Below, in pieces: positions 63,413 through 64,000 of a DNA stretch of 64,000 bases. Source of the DNA: a virus (taxonomy: Duplodnaviria; Caudoviricetes); the IMG/VR virus record IMGVR_UViG_3300025120_010521. The stretch is one strand, 5' to 3'. Under the pieces are notes generated by a model. The model saw only the letters and a list, made by a program, of their open reading frames with translations. It did no database searches and was not told the origin of the DNA. The position numbers and the translations under genes are program-made. Each line of letters starts with the position of its first letter. Within the stretch, counting starts at the first letter, position 1.

Positions 63413-63440
63413 AATATAACATAGAATACTGATCTGTCAA
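63413..63440 (-). promoter_or_regulatory. Sigma70-like promoter
   Basis: TTGACA-N16-TATATT with TGn. Confidence 0.6.
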
Positions 63441-63554
63441 CCAGAAAAATAGATAAAAAAATGTAGTAAAATCAATGGTTTAGGAGGGCGTTAAGAACTA
63501 AATCTGCCTTTTTCTGCTACTATTATTTAAATGAGTAGTTAATAATATAAAGTA

Positions 63555-63998
63555 CTAGGTTAATATACTATTAACTAGTTTTTTTAACGTACTATGATTA
63601 TCCTTATATGGTTCAAAATACTTAACTTTTTCATATAATTCGTTATTTTGTATTTCATAGCTATTTGTTATCCATCCAGTTACTATATCTTTTTCTGGAA
63701 TTTCTGGGTGATAGTACGATCTATTATTTCTTACTTGATCACCAATATCTGTATAACTGTTAATGCATTCGGAAAAGAACTTATCTTTTGCAAAAGATTC
63801 TTGCATTTGATCTATTTTATCAAGATTAATCATAAAGCATTGCCTTGCTAGTTCTTTTCCATTATTTGACCACCCACTAATAATACTATTTGTTTGTAAA
63901 TCTTTAATATAGTTTGATATGTTTTGATTATGCCATACAAATCCTCCAAAAAATACTAGGCACTTCTTAAATCCTTTTTGTTTTAGATTATTTAAAAA
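63555..63998 (-). CDS. Hypothetical protein, 5'-truncated by the window edge
   Basis: Track ORF 63555..63833 stays open upstream to the edge (FLNNLKQKGFKKCLVFFGG...). Confidence 0.65.
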   Translation of the reverse strand, partial: FLNNLKQKGFKKCLVFFGGFVWHNQNISNYIKDLQTNSIISGWSNNGKELARQCFMINLDKIDQMQESFAKDKFFSECINSYTDIGDQVRNNRSYYHPEIPEKDIVTGWITNSYEIQNNELYEKVKYFEPYKDNHSTLKKLVNSILT

Positions 63999-64000
63999 TT

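Noticed and set aside
63470-63530. + strand hairpin AGGGCG...TGCCTT-TTT as a terminator of a convergent gene
   Set aside because: The stem is weak with several G:U pairs and there is no + strand gene upstream.
449-63851. All + strand ORFs in the track
   Set aside because: Each lies antisense to a motif-supported minus-strand gene, lacks SD/promoter context and has shadow-type composition.
1-64000. Bacterial chromosome or prophage origin
   Set aside because: Host-like genes are isolated from their usual operons (infA, rpmG, groES, sufS alone), interleaved with T4-like replication, lysis and structural genes on one strand; no integrase or att site was seen.

Overview
This is a 64 kb segment of a large, AT-rich lytic dsDNA phage genome (T4-like/jumbo type). 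Every convincing gene is on the minus strand, packed head-to-tail; the + strand ORFs in the track are antisense shadows. Phage hallmarks: a T4-like clamp loader and RNase H/5'-exonuclease, ATP-dependent DNA ligase, an i/o-spanin pair, a virion structural protein, a GroES without GroEL, T4-type TAAATA late promoters and four isolated CCA-encoding tRNAs (Gly-GCC, Ala-TGC, Thr-TGT, Asn-GTT). The window is dense in host-derived genes for proteostasis (clpA, def, dnaJ, groES, degP, pepA), gene expression (infA, rpmG, hfq, rpoZ-like), redox/Fe-S/UV repair (SOD, Prx, Grx, sufS, iscA, uvsE), nucleotide metabolism (prs, guaC, rpiB, PRTase), 7-deazaguanine precursors (folE, queE, queC-like) and envelope (porin, lipoproteins). 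A marine alphaproteobacterial host (SAR11/SAR116-like) is my inference, not a search result. No capsid, terminase, PolB, integrase or CRISPR array is in the window. Main discoveries: (1) a late-expressed block at 40.9-51.4 kb whose proteins share T4-like capsid-targeting N-termini, suggesting head-packaged cargo including a SOD and a nucleotidyltransferase-nucleotidase-nuclease polyprotein; (2) an Hfq lacking proximal and rim RNA-binding residues, followed by a candidate 188-nt sRNA; (3) an A_AAA_AAG site that switches a membrane anchor on or off in an exported protein; (4) pervasive leaderless-mRNA architecture. All calls are from motif reading; no database searches or folding programs were run.
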